Part shown: piece by piece, positions 1 through 14,204 of the stretch
Numbering within the stretch: the first letter of the stretch is position 1
Layout: each line of letters opens with the position of its first letter
Source: the human T2T-CHM13v2.0 reference genome, Homo sapiens
Direction: 5' to 3' (one strand)
DNA: 64,000 nt
Assembly (NCBI RefSeq): GCF_009914755.1
Contig: NC_060939.1
Position numbers and translations under genes: made by a program
Notes under the pieces: generated by a model
Seen by the model: only the letters and a program-made list of their open reading frames with translations
The model's database searches: none
What the model was told of the DNA's origin: nothing

Positions 1-2204
1 TTTTTTTAAAGATAATGTGTCTTTCTTTTCTTTTGTTGCTTTAAAGCCTTTTGCTTTTCCTTTGTTAATATACATTTTTACTGTGATGGACCCACAAGGG
101 GCATGTGTCTTCAGATATTGCTTGTGTCCCATTTTTTTCCTTCTCTGGGATTCTAGTTACATATAACGGTTTTGTATCCCATACATTTCTTATGTATTTT
201 GTCCTCCTGTATTTTTTACTCTTTTTTTCTCTGTACTTCAGTTTGAATGTTTTCTAGTTATTTTCTAGCAATCTATTTTCTAGTAAGCCTTTCTCCTGCT
301 TTTTAAAATTAACTGATAAAACAGCCTAGTACGTTCTTAATTTCTGATAATATAGTTTCAATTCTAGAATTTTTTGATTTTTCATTTTTATGGAAATGGC
401 CCATCTTGTCATCCATTTTCTCCATTTTTAAGCTTTTTTTTAAATATTAGCCATAGTTATCTTTAAGTTCATGTCTGTGAATAGCTATATCTGGATTACC
501 TGTAAGTCCATATCTGATCCCTTTTTCTCTTTGTTCTCAATTATACGATGCAGTCTTTTGACATGTCTAGTGGTTTTTAATGAGCCTTCAGACCTTGTAT
601 GTGAAAGAGATTATAGAATCTTAGCATCTCCAGTCTTCCTGCTTTAGCAGCTTTCTGATGTCTTTAAAGAGGTATTTGTTGTATTTCATCCTGTTTTACT
701 AGTTGATTTCAGTGGGTTCTTTGGTCTTCCAACAACTACTCCCTCTAACCTAAAAGCAGACATCCTCATATACTTAAAAAAAAGAAAGAAAGCAGTTTAA
801 AAATAAAAGTTTTTTCCAAAGGTTCCAAAGGTAGAGTACAGAGAACGATACTTCAAGGTTTGCTATATTCATTATCCAGAAGTAACATATGTCAGTGCTG
901 ACACATTTGTTATATGTATTTTTATTTTTATTCATAAAGTGAAAAAAATTAGAGATTTACTGTCCTCTTTATAATTTTTCCTGGTCTCTTCCTACTTTCC
1001 TTCTCATAACCACTATCATGAATTTACATTGTGTTTTCTTTATATTTTTTAACAGGTATTATTTAATATTGTTTCAACATGGGTTTAAAGTTTTACATAG
1101 TGACGTTTTCATTTGCACTTGCTTTTTCACTCAGTGTAGTGTTTTGAGATCCATCTGCTCTCATTCAATACAGCTAGTTTTAGGAATAAATATTCTTAAT
1201 TCATCAATACTTCTATCAAAGAACAACTATGTTGTTTCTAATTTTTTACTGTTATAAATGGTGTTGCAGTATACATCTGTTGACCTGTCTCATTATACAT
1301 GGGTAAAAGTTGCTCTGTGATAGTTTCAGAAGGAATTGCTAGGCTGAGTATGTCCATCATCAGCTTTACCATGTTTTCAAGTTGCTTTCCAAAGTGATTG
1401 TACTAGCTACACTGCAGTAAGTTTGTATGATAATTCCTATTTGCCCATATACTTTGCCTTTCCTTCTTTCTGTCTTGTCTGCCTTTCTTTTCTATTTTTT
1501 CTGTCTTTGTCCCTTTTTAAATTTTATTTTATTCTTTTTTCTGGTCTTAGGAAAGTGAAATGCAACCTGTTTTTGTGGTTTGCTTATTTTGTGCTGGGTT
1601 GTTGGTTTTGGTTTTTTTCTCTTAGAAGTTCTTTACATATTCTGGATATTAATTCTGTATGTATTGTCTCTGTTTCAGATAGTATCTTTCAGTCTTTACC
1701 AAAACACTTTGTAAACACTTTTATGACGGGACTTACCATAGTGTTGTATATTGCCCTTATTTCAGTAGATTGTGAGCCTTTTTAAGTGTGTTAAGACTTG
1801 CTTTATTTCCTAAATCAAGATTGGTTTTTTTAAATGTTCCGAATGGAGTTGGGTAAATATGTATTCTTTGATTGTTGGATGCATGCATCTCCATATATCT
1901 TTCAGATAACTCTCATTGTTGTGTTCTAACCTTCCGTATTCTTTGTGACTTTTTGTTTTTTGTTCATTGAGACTTATCAATAATTGTATGTACCACAATG
2001 GTGGATTTGTCAATTTCTCTGTATATTTTATTGATTTAATAATACTGTTTTATACATTTTGGGACTATTTCGTTAGGCTTGCACATATTTAGAGGTGATG
2101 TACCTTCTTGGCAAATTTTGCAATACATATTGACCATCTTTATCCTCAGTAAGGCATGTTTGTCTTAAATCTACCTTACCTCACCTTGATATAGCTACAT
2201 ATTT

Positions 2205-2583
2205 CTTCCTTTCCTTTTCTTTTTTTCTTTTCCTTCCTTCCTCCCTCTCTCCCTCCTTCACTCCCTTTCTCCCCTCCCCTCTTTTCTTTCTTTTCTTTTT
2301 TTTTTTTTTTGAGACAGGGTCTTGCTCTGTCACCCAGGCCAGAGTGCATTGGCATGATCATGGCTCACTGCAGCCTTGACCTCCTGTGCTCAAGCAATCC
2401 TCCTGCTTCAGCCTCCAGAGTAACATGGGTATGCGCACCATGCCTGGCTAATTTTTGTACTTTTTGCAGAGGTGAGGTCTCACCATGTTGCCCAGACTGG
2501 TCTTGAACTCCTGAGCTCAAGTGATCCTCCCACCTGGCCCTCCCAAAGTGCTGGGATTATAGTGTGAGCCACGGCGCCCAGCC
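2205..2583 (-). mobile_element. AluJ-like element with expanded CT-rich tail
   Basis: Antisense Alu with J-type motifs (gcagccttgacctcct, gctcaagcaatcctcct). Pyrimidine low-complexity tract 2205-2310. Confidence 0.9.
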
Positions 2584-3177
2584 AGTGTTTTCTTGGAGGT
2601 CTGAAACTCTGTGTTATCTTTCAACCTTACTGTTTCCTTATGTTTTAGGTATGTCTTTTATAGATAGTATGAGAGGCTGCATATTGGTTTTTTATCTAGT
2701 TTGATCCATCTCTTAACCCACCAGTCTAGTTGATGTTTATTCCCTGTGATCTCGCACGTATTTGCACTAGTTTGCGTGATCCCAGTCGATCATATAAATG
2801 GGTTAGCGGGTCCCAGCCGTCGAAAAAGCCATAGTGTCCGCAAAGAACTCTGATTGCAGCTCCACACAGAGCCCCCCAGGGAAGAGGACATCGGAAGAAG
2901 ATATTTCATCTACCTGGCAATCCACCAAACGTGGAGGTTCTGAGTAAGAATGGTTGAGAAGTCACCCTGCCAGAGGTTAGTCAGTTTCTACCTGATGTCT
3001 TCAACTCCTATCTCCAGCAGAGCTTTTGTACTGCCCAGGTTTCATTCTGGAGGGCGTCTGTCTGCATCAGCATGGCTGCCAGTTCTCTTGTGATGTAGCA
3101 GGCATTGAGTGTTCCAGGCAGCGGAGGTGAGAAGCACAAGCTGAACCCAAACTGCTGTTTTAAAAATTTGTCTTCTC

Positions 3178-3460
3178 GGCCGGGCGCGTTGGCTCACACC
3201 TGTAATCCCAGCACTTTGGGAGGCCGAGGCGGGCGGATCACGAGGTCAGGAGATCGAGACCATCCTGGCTAACACGGTGAAACCTGTCTCTTCTAAAAAA
3301 TACAAAAAATTAGCCAGGCGTGGTGGCAGGTGCCTGTAGTCCCAGCTACTCGGGAGGCTGAGGCAGGAGAACGGCATGAACTCGGGAGGCGGAGCTTGCA
3401 GTGAGCCGAGATCGTGCCACTTGCACTCCAGCCTGGGCGACAGAGTGAGACTCTGTCTTA
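3178..3460 (+). mobile_element. AluY-like element with almost no poly(A) tail
   Basis: gagatcgagaccatcctggctaacacggtgaaac. 16-bp TSD aaaaatttgtcttctc at 3162-3177 and 3461-3476. Confidence 0.95.
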
Positions 3461-5162
3461 AAAAATTTGTCTTCTCATAATCCCACTGGCCGATTTCTTC
3501 TCCAGGCTACAAGCCTCCACATCCCTGACCCCGTACATTTTCCAGCATACCCTCTGGGGTTTCTCACTTTTTCTTCATTATTCCTTTACAGATTTATTCA
3601 ACAAATTTGTTTAGCACCGCCTCACTGCCACACAGTAGCTTTGTTTTAGAAGCTGAGCGTGCAGCATTGAACTTTTTTCAACTTATGTTCTACTCAGATG
3701 ACTGGTTTTTTTTGTTTGTTTGTTTTTGTTTTTTCAGCAAGTAATGCTTGTTGGTTTTTTTGCCCCTAACAAGGGCTTGTAGGTGTTATACTTCCTGAGT
3801 TTTTTTATGTTTGAAAATGTTTATTGTCTTTATACTTGAAGTCTGACTTGGCTAGGTCTAACGTTCTAGGTATAGGCCCTATTTCTTTTCCCCAGAACAT
3901 CGTAGAGATTTGGTCTTCTGACTTTGAATGTTGCCAGAATTCTAACACCAGACTGAGTTTTTTCCCTTCTTAAAAGTCACTCACTTCCTTCCTTGGTGTA
4001 CATGGTATTCTTTCTTTGACCTTGACATTCAGTAACTTAATCTGAATATGCCATGAATTTGATTATTCCTTATCACTTTTTTGAGAGATTGTATGCCTTT
4101 CTGTATTTTATTTTTTAATAAATATTTTTCCTTTGCTAAATGCTCTGGGCTTTTTTGGTATCTTCATTATCTGTCAACAATACAAACAACTTTTTTCTAT
4201 TCATTTTAGTTTTCTGTTTTGATTCTTTGATTTTCATTATTGTGCTAAAAATCTCTGTTATGATTTGATTTTTTTTCTCTTCTCATTCATTTCCGAGCCA
4301 TACCAGCTCACATTTTAGATCTGTTATCTCTGACAGTTTTTGGCAATTATATTAAGTATGAGTTAACAGAAATAGCTTTCCTATAAAATTATTTTCTTTA
4401 TTTATTTTGGTTTCACCTTCCCTGGCATTCTACATTTAGAACAAGATTCTTCACTTATTTCATGGGCTTCTGATACTTGTGAATCTTGTAGCACTAATCA
4501 GAGGATCCTCTCAGAGGACACTGCCACTTTTGTGAAGAACTCAGTGTGAATTCTCTGAATCCACTTTCATTTTCTTCTAAATTTCACCAAATCTGGCAGA
4601 TGAAAATTTGTAGTTAGGGATTCTTACTTTCCTTGAAGAAAACCCAGTCTCTTTTTTAGTATTATGTATGTGTATGTATGTATGTGTCCATGTTTTTAGA
4701 GGAGTAGAGAGGAGTAAACATGACTTTATTCCATTTTGAATTTAAAACTAACTTTTGTGATTTCTTTTGAAGTTAATATAAAGAATTTACATCATTTTAA
4801 TGTAATTGAAATCAGTTTAAAAATATTGTCTTAGAATAATAAAGTTGAGTCTTGAGTTTTAATTATGTAGTTAGTATTCTGTAGCCTAATTTTAGATTAC
4901 GTTACCTCTTTCATGTCAAATTTATGAACTGAAACGTGGCTGTATTGTAAAATACTAATTAACACTCTACTAATTAGTTGGCTTTTACTGATTTTTCACT
5001 TTTAGATGTCTTAGAAAGCTAGTATGTAGAAGGAAAATCTCTGTATGACAACCAAAAACTTACTTTGAACTGAAAACACTAAAATCAAGGGAAAATGTAC
5101 TCTTAACAGCTTGTTTTCTTGCTTTGTGACTTGTTATATTTTGTTATAATCTAATCTTCTAG

Positions 5163-5625
<463 letters not shown>

Positions 5626-7296
5626 TGAGAATTTTAAAGTATCAAATATAGACCAGTATTCAAAGATGATTCATAAAAGGTGATTTGGGTATATGACACA
5701 ATTTACATGTAAATATGTATCATGAACAGACTAGATGGTATTGGCTAGTTAAATTTTCTTGTTAAATGAATATTTAAAGAACCTTCTCAACTCTATTTTC
5801 ATTCAGTTTACTAGCTAACAGAATATTTGAGCGGTCATATAATACGTGGAGTATTGTGCTTTGTGCACTTGACAAATACAGAGAAAACATAAGGTTTTGA
5901 GACTGTTAAAGAGATTAGATCTACATAAAATTAAGAGGGATTAAGGTGATTAAATGCTAAGATGAGTAGATGTTAAATGCATTTGGTGTTACTATAGGGA
6001 GAAAACAGATACTCTGCTTAAATTTAGTGAAAACCATTGAACTACTATACCACTGTTTAATTTTATCATGCTACATAGGAAATAGACTGAAAAAATACAG
6101 AAACATCATTGAATTGTACATGTGAAATGAATTTTGTTGTTGTTTTGCTTTTACATGTACGTATTGTATCTGTAATGAAAGAGGATATTAAAGTCATGCC
6201 CGTGAAAAAAATTTCTAGTGGTAGTAATTGCTTTTCATGATACTGGAGATCCTCTACTTCTTTAATAGCTACTGCAATAACTGATTTTAAGTCTAGGCCA
6301 GTAGTTAAAGTTTATAGGAAGAAAATCGTATGATAGGTATCCATGGGGAAAATTGCTGAACTTTATGTTGTTGCACAATTCCAAAGATTATTCAAAAGTA
6401 TATTCTTACTGACCTTTCAAAAACTGTTTTTTAAATAGACTTTATGTTTTAGAGAAGTTTTAGGTTCACAACAGCATTGAGCAGAAAGTAAAGAGAGTTC
6501 CCTTGCATTCCTTTCCCATCCCGTATTAGAAGAAGAGGGATCAAGGGTAACTCTTGCTCACCCCAAGGAGGGTTGTTGGGTGGTATAATTTTTGTATGGC
6601 ATGAGCTTCAGAGTATTTGAAGTTTTTGAAGGGGAGGGAAAGAAAAGTAGTGTCGAAGAGAGAATACAGAGCATAAAAAGACATCTCTTTTAGGGCCTTC
6701 AGTCAATATAAAGGGTGTAAATAAAAAAATTTTTTGGGGGGGTCTCTGTTAGAGAGGATTTCAGGTAACAGGTTTCAGTTAAAGAAAGAAACAGTTAAAG
6801 AAGAATTTGAGGACTTTGGGGAATTTGCTGATCCCAGACTGTGAATTTCAGTGGGTACAATAGAGAAGGGCTTGAGAGGGAGGAGAAATACTTCAGATTA
6901 GTGGATGTATTTAGTTGTTTAGGGATCAAAGTCTGGCTGATGCTACATTACCTGGCTGGGATTTGGGGTTTCTGATGGTAACAATTTTAACTGAATGATA
7001 AGGGAACACTGATCAACTGTTCCTTCTGTGGTGCTTCACCCTCTGTAGTGGAGTGGCAGCCAAGGATAAGGAAATACTTCCCCAGGAGACAGCTCTGTCG
7101 GAGAACTTGGCATATACAAAACAAATGTAGGACTGTAGCACAACAGGAGAGGGAAGGCTCATATGGAGGACAAAGCTGGGAACCTTTTCCATCTTTGAAA
7201 TCTGGCTCAGTATTAAGAAGAAGATTCATCTTCAGATAGCCCATATTCAAGTACTACTAATGCTTTTAATAAAAATATACCTTTTTTATTGTTTAG

Positions 7297-7512
<216 letters not shown>

Positions 7513-10500
7513 TAGTAATACGTGAATTGCAAGTAATACTGAAATATTTTGTTTAATAGCATTAACTGTCAGAATGACTTGTACATCTAAAACATAAATT
7601 AGGTGTATATGTATCTTTTCTCTAAATCATTTCTTAGAAGAGTGATTGCTGTATGGCGACTCACTTGTGTTATAAACATACTCTATTCATTCAGACAAAG
7701 TAAACTATGTTGTTTTACCATGTATACCAGCATAATCTTAACATTTCATCTATGATTACTTATTTTGTATGAGTTTTAAAATTAATATTGTAAGAGACTA
7801 TCATTTTTGGACAGTATGAAGTTACAGTTTTGGTATGTCTTAATCATTTCATTATGTCATTGACAGCTCACAACTTTAAACACTTAAGAAAACAATGACA
7901 ATTATGTAAATAATATTTGCTTTGTTAATAGTGTTTTAGTTGGGCAACAGGAGAAAGTCCTCATTTTCTTTGTTTATCTGCTGCCTATTTGATAGCTCTC
8001 ATAGTTCTCCCAACCTAATTAAGTGAAAAAGAAAAGGATTTATTATTAGAATGATCTTCTCAGAAATAGTGTTTTACAATAAAACCTTCAAAATGGAAAC
8101 CAGTATGCTTCCCCCTTTTTATCTTCTCTCTTTCAAGATCTTCCATAAGATAACTTTTCCATGTGTATTTCTAATCACATTTTAAATTAGCTTCATAGTT
8201 ACTTTTGTCTCTTTTGTTTATATTTGGAGGTTTTATATTTATTCAGTGGAGGAATTTTTTATTACTTGAAAGATGCATATTTTGGCTTAGTTTGTAATAG
8301 AAAAGTATTAGGCATTTCTTTGGTGAAAGTACTGAAACCATGTGAGGATTATGTAGAACAATTGAAAAAGAACAAATGGAGTCCTAATCTAGATGGTATT
8401 TCTAATATTTAAAATTAAAGATAATTTAGCTGTTTTGTTGTATAGGAATCTAATTTATTTGCCTCCTCAAGTTGTTATTGTTCCGAAAATGCATTTTAAA
8501 TTTCCCCTATACTTCTTTGCCTTAACTGTCCCTCTTTAGGCAGTGATTGATACCATTACTACACACATAAAAACTATTACTTGTATTTTAAAAACAGCTT
8601 TTGTTACTTTTTAGTCATTTTTTCAAATGAGAAGTAAAGGTATAGCATAATTACAGCTAGGACTCATCTCTGTTGCTTGACTTATCCATAGTTTTATTTA
8701 TGGGGCTCACTGCTGTTAACCTCCCCTGAATTGTATATGAAATTTTTTATTTTGCTTTTGTTGATAACTTTGATTAAACTACATGGTTATATCTTTAGCT
8801 AAACCCCTTAATGCAGTTATATTTATGTCATTTATAAATTATATTATTTAGCAGTTATGTTATATGTTATCATTTATTTATAATACTGTATAGTAGACCT
8901 TTCCCCTATTACATGTCATGAATACATTTTGTATTGTAATATTGTAAATTAGGGTATCATTCAGGTAAGCTTTGTTAAGAGACTTCATAACTGGATTTCC
9001 TTGAAATGGAGAGTAACCCTGTTGTGTTTAAAATAGCTTCTTATCTTATAAATCTATATGTCTCATCAAAAGTTACACTGCCTCAACTCAAACCAATGGA
9101 GCTGACTTTGATAATGTCAGCAAATAAGTATTCTAGCTAATTTCATTATAGAGGCAACCACCTCCTTAACCCTAACTACACTGCTCTTTCATTGCAGCAG
9201 TTGTTATTCTTGGTCCGTGGAGGTTGAGGGTACTTCACACTGCCTAAAGCTTACTTCCCTAGAGAATACGGAGAATGTAGTCTGATTTAATCCTCATAGA
9301 ATTTTCAGACTACCTCAATCTTCATCTCTGTTGTGGACAGCAAAGTGTAAGAGAGCAGATCCCAAACATTTTTTTAAGCAGTCTCCTATATTACAGTCTG
9401 TTTCAATATGAAGGAAAACTTTTGCGGCTCAATTACATATTGGGATTTTGATGTTTTCTTTTTAATTGCATTTCCTCAAAATAAGTTAAAATGAATCGTG
9501 TTAATAGTTCCTTGTGAAGTTCTAAATTATATAAATACAGTAGATAGAAGACACATTAGATTATTAGGGATTAATTTATTGTGGTAGGATAAATTACAAG
9601 GCTTAATTCACACTTCTTGTATATTAATGTCTTACTGAGTCAACTTTTATTAAGAGAGTGGTTGTTAAGCTTGTGAGATAGGCCTTTTTTCACATATGAA
9701 GATGATGCAGCCTACATCTTCACTAGTAGTGCAATTCACATACGAGTTCTTTTTGCCAGTAGTGTAATGGCTTACGCTAATGCATCTATACAGTTTGCTA
9801 TGGTTCAAATTAAATTTACAGGATAACAGTAATGAAGTTACTTACATAGAGCTTCCTATGGGTCTTAGTTTTTACAAAGTACTTTACAGTTGCCTCATTG
9901 AAGGATATTTTTGGAATACCATTTTTTCCTTTTCACAGTTTCCTTTCAGGCAGTTGTATTGATGGGAAGCAGGCTTTTTGATGCCCATTTACTCATTTGA
10001 CAAAGATTTGAGGGGGTTCTATGTGCTTTGCAAGTTGATCTTATTTAGAGATTCCTAATTCAGGCCAGAAGAATATTCTTCCTACCCATATTTTTATAAA
10101 CCATTGAGGTATACTTTTACCAACTGAAGATTTTATGTATATTTATAAGAACTTTGAACAAGTTGGTGATAAGCTTCTGGACTCCTTAGCCATCTCATGT
10201 GGTTGAAAACATCAGGATAAAATAGAGGCATGAACAGTTATAAGTGATCTACTTTAGAGTGATTTCTAAAGTATATGACCAATATACTTAAGAGTTTGTG
10301 TCATTATGTAAGCAATAATGACACAAACTCTGAAAACAACAACTTCCATAAGGCCTATAACCTGACTCCACATATTTCCGTTTGCATATATGTTAGTCTT
10401 TAAAAAATCAGCAGGATTTTACTTTCCCTATATTACTGAAATATGCTTTGACAGAGTCTTGAGTATATTAACATGGCGTCTTCATTAGATGTGTTCCTCT

Positions 10501-12505
10501 TCTGTTGCATCCAATACACAAGCCCTTTGAGGATGTGCTGTGAGGATGTGCTGTCAGCCTCACCTGTGTAGTCTGTAGTACAGGACGCACGTGTATTAGG
10601 TCTGCGGAGTTAGATATAGTGTGTTTTGTGGGAGTACTGTAAGATTAATATAATGTATTAAAAGTAGTTGGTATTTGAATATTGTTGATTATAAATAGGT
10701 AGAAATGGTGCTCTTATTTTTCTGTGTTTCAATTTTATGTATAAACTTAAATCCATCTATCTTTGTTCTGCCTCATTTTATATTAATTATGTTTTTAAAC
10801 TAGTTCTTAAATTTAAAATTTTAATCAATTTTTTAAACTTTGGTTAGAGTTGATAAAATTTAAAAAATTCTATACAGGTTTATTTTTTTAATTTGTACTT
10901 ACATATTTTAAATTGCATTTAGGTATTTTAAATTAAGGTCTGCAGTGTCTTGAGGATGTATATATCCCCTACATTAAGAAAGCTGAATATATGATAAAGC
11001 AGACTTACACATTAGTAAATTAAGAGATTGCCATTAGGGTAAGATTCATAAGAGACTTCATAACTCAATTTCTCTGAAATGAAGAATATCATTGCTGTGT
11101 TTAAAATGTTTCCACACTGCTTTTCAGTAGTATATTTCTTACAAAACATGAGTTTTATAACTTTATTTCCCATATTTCATTAGGTGACATTCCACAAAGA
11201 ATGTTGTCAAAGACACACATTTTATCTTTTCAAGTTATTAAGCATTGATACAAAAATAGGTGGCAGACTTTTGTTTGGTCCTATAAAATGTAGTAATTTA
11301 ATTTAAATGTATGAAGAAAATGTTATAACTCCTTAGTTTTTCTTTTCAGTAAAATTAAGATTAAAAATTATGAACTATATTATATAATTTTACAGGAATA
11401 CTAGGTATGTCCTAGAGTGTAGGAAACTACAGATGGAAATTACCAACACAAGCAGTTGCCATTGTTCATACACATGCATATGTGTGTAATTTGAATTTAT
11501 ACTAAATAAAAGCCTAGAGCCAATAGAGGCTTTGGGATTCTGCATCAAAAGAACAATTATGCTAAAAGGCAACAAATGATACCTAAAAAACACCTGAGAA
11601 TACTTTTGTATCCATGTTTTTTCCTGTCATTTGGCAGAAATATTGAAAATACTAAATATTTCTGCTTATAATTTTTTAAAAATAGCCGTGACTTGGTAAC
11701 ATTCAGAAATCATTTGTATGGCAATTCAGATTATTGTGCTGTCATTTAAGGATGTAAATAAAAGGGTCATGGCCGTTTGTCTCTCTTGTTAATATCTGGT
11801 GCACTATTCCCAAAGAGAGGAGGTTTTCACCACAGGCATACTACGGTACTTAAAAAAAAAATTCTTCTCGCAGTATCTCATTTAAGCTTCATATTCAAGG
11901 TAAGCTTTTTCAGAAGCAAAAATTGGGATGCACATTAAAATGACTTGCCCAGAGTCATGTAGCAATGTAGTGGCAGAACCAGGATTAGGACCCAGGTCTG
12001 TGACATTAACCTTTCCCCTTGCTCCTTAGTTCACTGCATCCAGGGGAGCTCTGGAGCATTTTACCGTAAGTAGATAAGATTTTATACATACACCAATCAT
12101 GTACGATCTATAGCAGTCACGAATAAGTTTTCCTCAGTAATGAACAGAAAACTAGTGAGGATAATAGCAGTAAGAATGATAGGTATTATTAAGCACTTAA
12201 CATGGTCTAGTAAAGACTTCATTTGAATTATCTTATTGAATCCTTACTGTTGCCCTTATTTCACATTGAGGCAATGGAGACACAGTGATAAATTAAGTCA
12301 GATGTTGATAATTTGGATTCTGAAGAAAGAGAAAATCTGTTTGAGTCTTAAAAATCCCTTCCTATTTTCAAATTACAAAAGAATTTGGAAGTAACATCTG
12401 AAAGAAAGGAAGATAGGGAATCAGTATAAGATCCATCTATCAATTAGAAAATAAAAGCAGATGGTAGTGAAAGTGATTATACTTGAGAGTACCTTATTTA
12501 AAATC

Positions 12506-12625
12506 ACTGGTCCTCACAATGTGTAGTGCCCTGACCAGCAGCAGCAGCAGCCCCAGAGGCTTCCTAGAAATGCAAGTTCTTGGTCCCACCTTAGACCTTC
12601 TGAATCTGCAGCTTTTGAGATGAAG
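12506..12625. mobile_element. MER5A-like hAT-Charlie fragment
   Basis: accagcagcagcagc...tagaaatgcaagttcttggtcccaccttagacc resembles MER5A. Confidence 0.7.
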
Positions 12626-13891
12626 CCAAAGCAGTCATGAATTAATTTGAATTAACTTGCCTTAAGTGCAGTTATAGACTAAAAGTTTCCAGTTAACAGT
12701 TTCTTGGGAGTGGTTATCCAGCTTTTTAAACATTTTTATCCCCAAGAATATCCCCTGAAATAATTTCAAACAAAGAGCAAGCACAAACTGTAATTTTTTA
12801 AACCCTCTAAAAAGTAATTCAAACTATGCAGTATTTGTGTGAATTGCACCTAAGGAATACATTTCTAATGGGTTACATTTCAGTTCGATTCCACATGGTT
12901 ATAAGAGCTTGTGTGAGTGTGGTTTCTTTGAGGGGTGCTTCTTTGAGAGGTGTGGTGGGGATGAGTCGGAGGTGGAATCTGGCTCTTCAGATGAACAAAA
13001 AAGAAAGTTAAATGACCTATCTCCTGAGATCATCTAGTGCTTGACCTTACAAAAGTAGAAGCATGATTATGCTTGGATTTTCTGACAGTATCATGATATT
13101 CTCAAAGAGGCTTTTTGAGCCAGTCCTCTTTTCTCCCCATGTTATAGACGAGGAATGGAACAGACAGGGAGTATTTAAGAGGCTTGCCTAATGTTTTACA
13201 GGGCTGCAGTGGAGCATCAGGGAAAGGGAAAAAATAATGAGACATCTGAAGACAAGACAAAGCTTTCCTCCACCTCCAGTCCCCTGCCCTGCTCTTTTAT
13301 TCCTAACAGAGCCTGAAGCAGCAGGATGATGATTCACAGGGTGAGGCACATAGTCCTCATGGCTCTCCTCCGCTTCCCACATGTCACTGCACCATCGCCT
13401 CACACAGCAGTCACCATAGCTCTTGTAATTTCAGTTTTACTACTTTTATTTTGCTGTGCATGTGAATATTATTTAATCATACAATTATTGGTTTTCATTT
13501 ATGTGCTTTGTATAAGGGACTACACGTCTCTAAGTGTGGTTTTTCTTGAGGTCATATTATTCTCCATTAGAGGTTCATGTCATTGATACACAAATGAGAG
13601 TTCATGTGGGGAGGAAAAGATGATAGATATCACTTGTATATATAACTGAACTTTTTTCTGTAATACATTTCTTGTGATTATTGATGGATACCTCCCTATG
13701 TGTTCTTTTTATGTCATATGTGTCAGGGATTGAATATTTTATTAATAGTACTTACCATCAGATAAAGTGTTCCTTTTTCTCCAGAAGATATTTGATGCTT
13801 TGGTCAAATTTTTGACCAATAAGAAGAGGAGATAAAGAGGATGGAGATAAAGTTGCTCTAGAGGTGATGCTATCACCAGAGTTCTTTAAAG

Positions 13892-14204
13892 CAGCAGTCC
13901 CCAACCTTGTTGGCACCAGGGATGGGGGTTGGGGGTGGGAGGAATGTGGACAGGGAGATGGTTTTGAGATGAAATTGTTCCACCTCAGATCATCAGGCAT
14001 TAGATTCTCATAAGGAATGGGCAGCCTAGATCCCTTGCTCGTGCAGTTCGCAGTAGGTTTCATTCTCTTACGAGAATCCAATGCTGCTGCTGATGTGACG
14101 GGAGGCAGAGCTCAGGCAGTAATGCTCACTTGCCCACCACTTACTTCCTGCTGTGCAACCTGGTTCCTAACAGGGTCTGTGGCCCCGGGGGTTAGGGACC
14201 CTTG
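13892..14204. mobile_element. MER1B-like hAT-Charlie MITE
   Basis: TIRs cagcagtccccaacc / ggttagggacccttg. 8-bp TSD CTTTAAAG at 13884-13891 and 14205-14212. Confidence 0.9.

Noticed and set aside
12536-12551. (CAG)n run as the MEF2A polyglutamine tract
   Set aside because: Intronic and part of a MER5A-like element. The coding CAG tract is in the last exon, outside this window.
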